Positions 62,332-64,000 of a DNA stretch of 64,000 bases are shown here, piece after piece (position 1 is the stretch's first letter; the number at the start of each line of letters is the position of its first letter). The stretch lies in contig OZ316894.1 in NCBI GenBank assembly GCA_973895155.1, forward strand, positions 14,771,680-14,835,679. Direction: 5' to 3'. The notes below the pieces were generated by a model. That model worked only from the letters and a program-made list of their open reading frames with translations, made no database searches and was not told where the DNA came from. The stretch comes from Marsupella aquatica. Taxonomy: Eukaryota; Plantae; Marchantiophyta. The translations under genes were made by a program, and so were the position numbers.

Positions 62332-63370
62332 ATCTTCAATGAGAAGAAGACCACACGGGGAAGAGGGTTTGGAGGCATTGCTGTCTACACCAAGAATCAA
62401 CTTCAACACATCACCTCTATTGAACATGAAGATCCCAACAAGCAGTTCATGGTGGTGAGACTTCATACCAGAGGTACTCCATCATTTCTGATTGTCACCT
62501 ACTTTGCTCCCCTTAATATGAATGTCCTTTTCATGCCTTGCGCTCATCTTCAGCTAAAGGGTGGTATGCAGATGTGTGCAGGTGGGCCCATGCTTGGGAT
62601 TTTCCTGAACATGAATGGCCAACACACCCAACCAAGCTAAGAGCAAAACTTGAGCAAAAGGCTTTGCACAAACTTTGGCATGAACCTAGCCCACGGCAGC
62701 AATACTACATGAGAGATGTGAACCCCATGAAGAAATATCGAGAACAAGAATACTTATCTAGCACTATCTCAGTACAACTTAGACAACTTATTGCTCAGTA
62801 TAGACTAAGCTCACACCACCTGAGCAATCTCTTTTGGTTGCTCTTTTCTTTGATTGCATTGTACTTTACTTTTTGTGGCAGCTCCTTTGACTTTCATGGT
62901 CCCGGAGCTTATAATACATTACCATTACCATTACCATTACCTTGAAGTAGAACAAGGGAGATGGAAGGATATTGACAGGAAAAAGAGGGTTTGTCAACTA
63001 TGTGATAGCTCTAGTATAGAGAATGAATATCATGTATTCATTGCTTGCAAGTTTTATGAGGGGGTTAGGATGGCATCTCAAATCTTGGTGAAAGATTTGT
63101 ATGCATTGTTTGGTCTGCCCCCTCAGCAACTTGGAAGATATATCTTTGCGGTGGATAGGGAAAGGAGAATAGGTTTGGAAAATCTTTCAGGGCTCTCTAG
63201 GTCCATAGGGCTCTCTAGGTCCATAGTTTCTTTGAGGACATAGTTGTCCTCTTCTGAGCAATCTCTTTTGGTTGCTCTTTTCTTTGATTGCATTGTACTT
63301 TACTTTTTGTGGCAGCTCCTTTGACTTTCATGGTCCCGGAGCTTATAATACATTACCATTACCATTACCA
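62332..63370 (+). mobile_element. RTE-like LINE pieces: endonuclease fragment joined to the ORF2 C-terminus, 3'UTR and (CATTAC)n tail
   Basis: IFNEKKTTRGRGFGGIAVY...FLIVTYFAP (AP endonuclease, 62332-62513), then RQLIAQYRLSSHHL/EVEQGRW...RVCQLC...ENEYHVFIAC, stop at 63243 and tail at 63351-63370. The RT domain is absent. Confidence 0.85.
62821..62941 (+). repeat. Exact copy of the LINE's own 3' end inserted in its ORF
   Basis: Identical to 63255-63370 plus one extra tail unit; it splits the codons HHL|EVE. Confidence 0.9.
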
Positions 63371-64000
63371 TAGTGAATGCCAAAAGTCTCTTTTCCCCTG
63401 AATGTGATCTTGCTTGCATCCTTGCTCTAGCACAATCCTCGTCAAACCAAGCCTTCATGTTTTGCTTTCTAGGGGGTTTGGTGGAGAAAGTAGAGGCTGC
63501 TGCTTGTGCTATGACTTCTGAGAGCTCAATCTGATCATCCAGGGTATGGAGAAGATGTTCAAAGTTGGCTTTGAAGATGACTTCTCTATCAGGGTCTACA
63601 AACAGAGGTTTGGGTACTGGCTTTCTATGCACTTTGTTTGGGATTGTGGTCAGGTCAAGATGGAACAACAAAGGCAAGTGTGAAGACTCTGGTTGTTGAT
63701 CAAGTATTTGAAAGTCAACCACTCTAGTGGCAGAGGTAGGTGAGGCAAGAAGGTAATCAATGGTACTACATCCTTGTTTAGATCTAAAAGTGTAACCAGA
63801 TGATTGGGGAAATCTCTCAAGCCCATTCAATATTCTTAGATTACAAGAAGCTCCCAAATGCAAAAAGTGACGTGTCATGTCATTTGTTCTGGTGTCAAGA
63901 GCCTCTCTCACCCAAGGTATCTCTTCACTACATGATGACCAAGGTAAAGTTCCTAAGTCCTCACTTTCAGTAAATTGTTCATTATCTACCCTGGCATTAA
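63371..64000 (-). mobile_element. RTE-like LINE endonuclease and linker fragment
   Basis: CNLRILNG...GYTFRSKQGCSTIDYLLAS...ESSHLPL...AWFDEDC. It runs off the window end. Confidence 0.85.

Overview
Eukaryotic land-plant DNA, inferred to be a bryophyte (possibly a liverwort) from the 5S rRNA sequence and the TE families present. There is one intact host gene: a 3-exon INDETERMINATE-DOMAIN (IDD) C2H2 zinc-finger transcription factor on the minus strand (16399-12809, about 765 aa). The rest is nested transposon-derived sequence. It includes chromovirus and other Ty3/gypsy remnants, a decayed CACTA with a second CACTA nested in it, a Helitron end with an internal satellite, MITEs, an intron-containing Sola2-like DDD transposase pseudogene back-to-back with a SWIM-like gene, a young non-autonomous Bianca-type Copia element, RTE-like LINE pieces and a 5S rRNA copy fused to LINE sequence. 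The most notable signal is two very large solo-LTR-like units (3955 bp and 4629 bp, TG...CA ends, perfect 5-bp TSDs) that contain no gag or pol. Each is almost filled by one long decayed gene (about 870-1150 codons). These two genes and a third copy at 47.3-50.3 kb align by eye as one diverged protein family (N-terminal domain, conserved helical domain, coiled coil), which suggests a retrotransposon accessory gene carried inside the LTR. All family assignments are by eye and from remembered motifs; no database searches were run.
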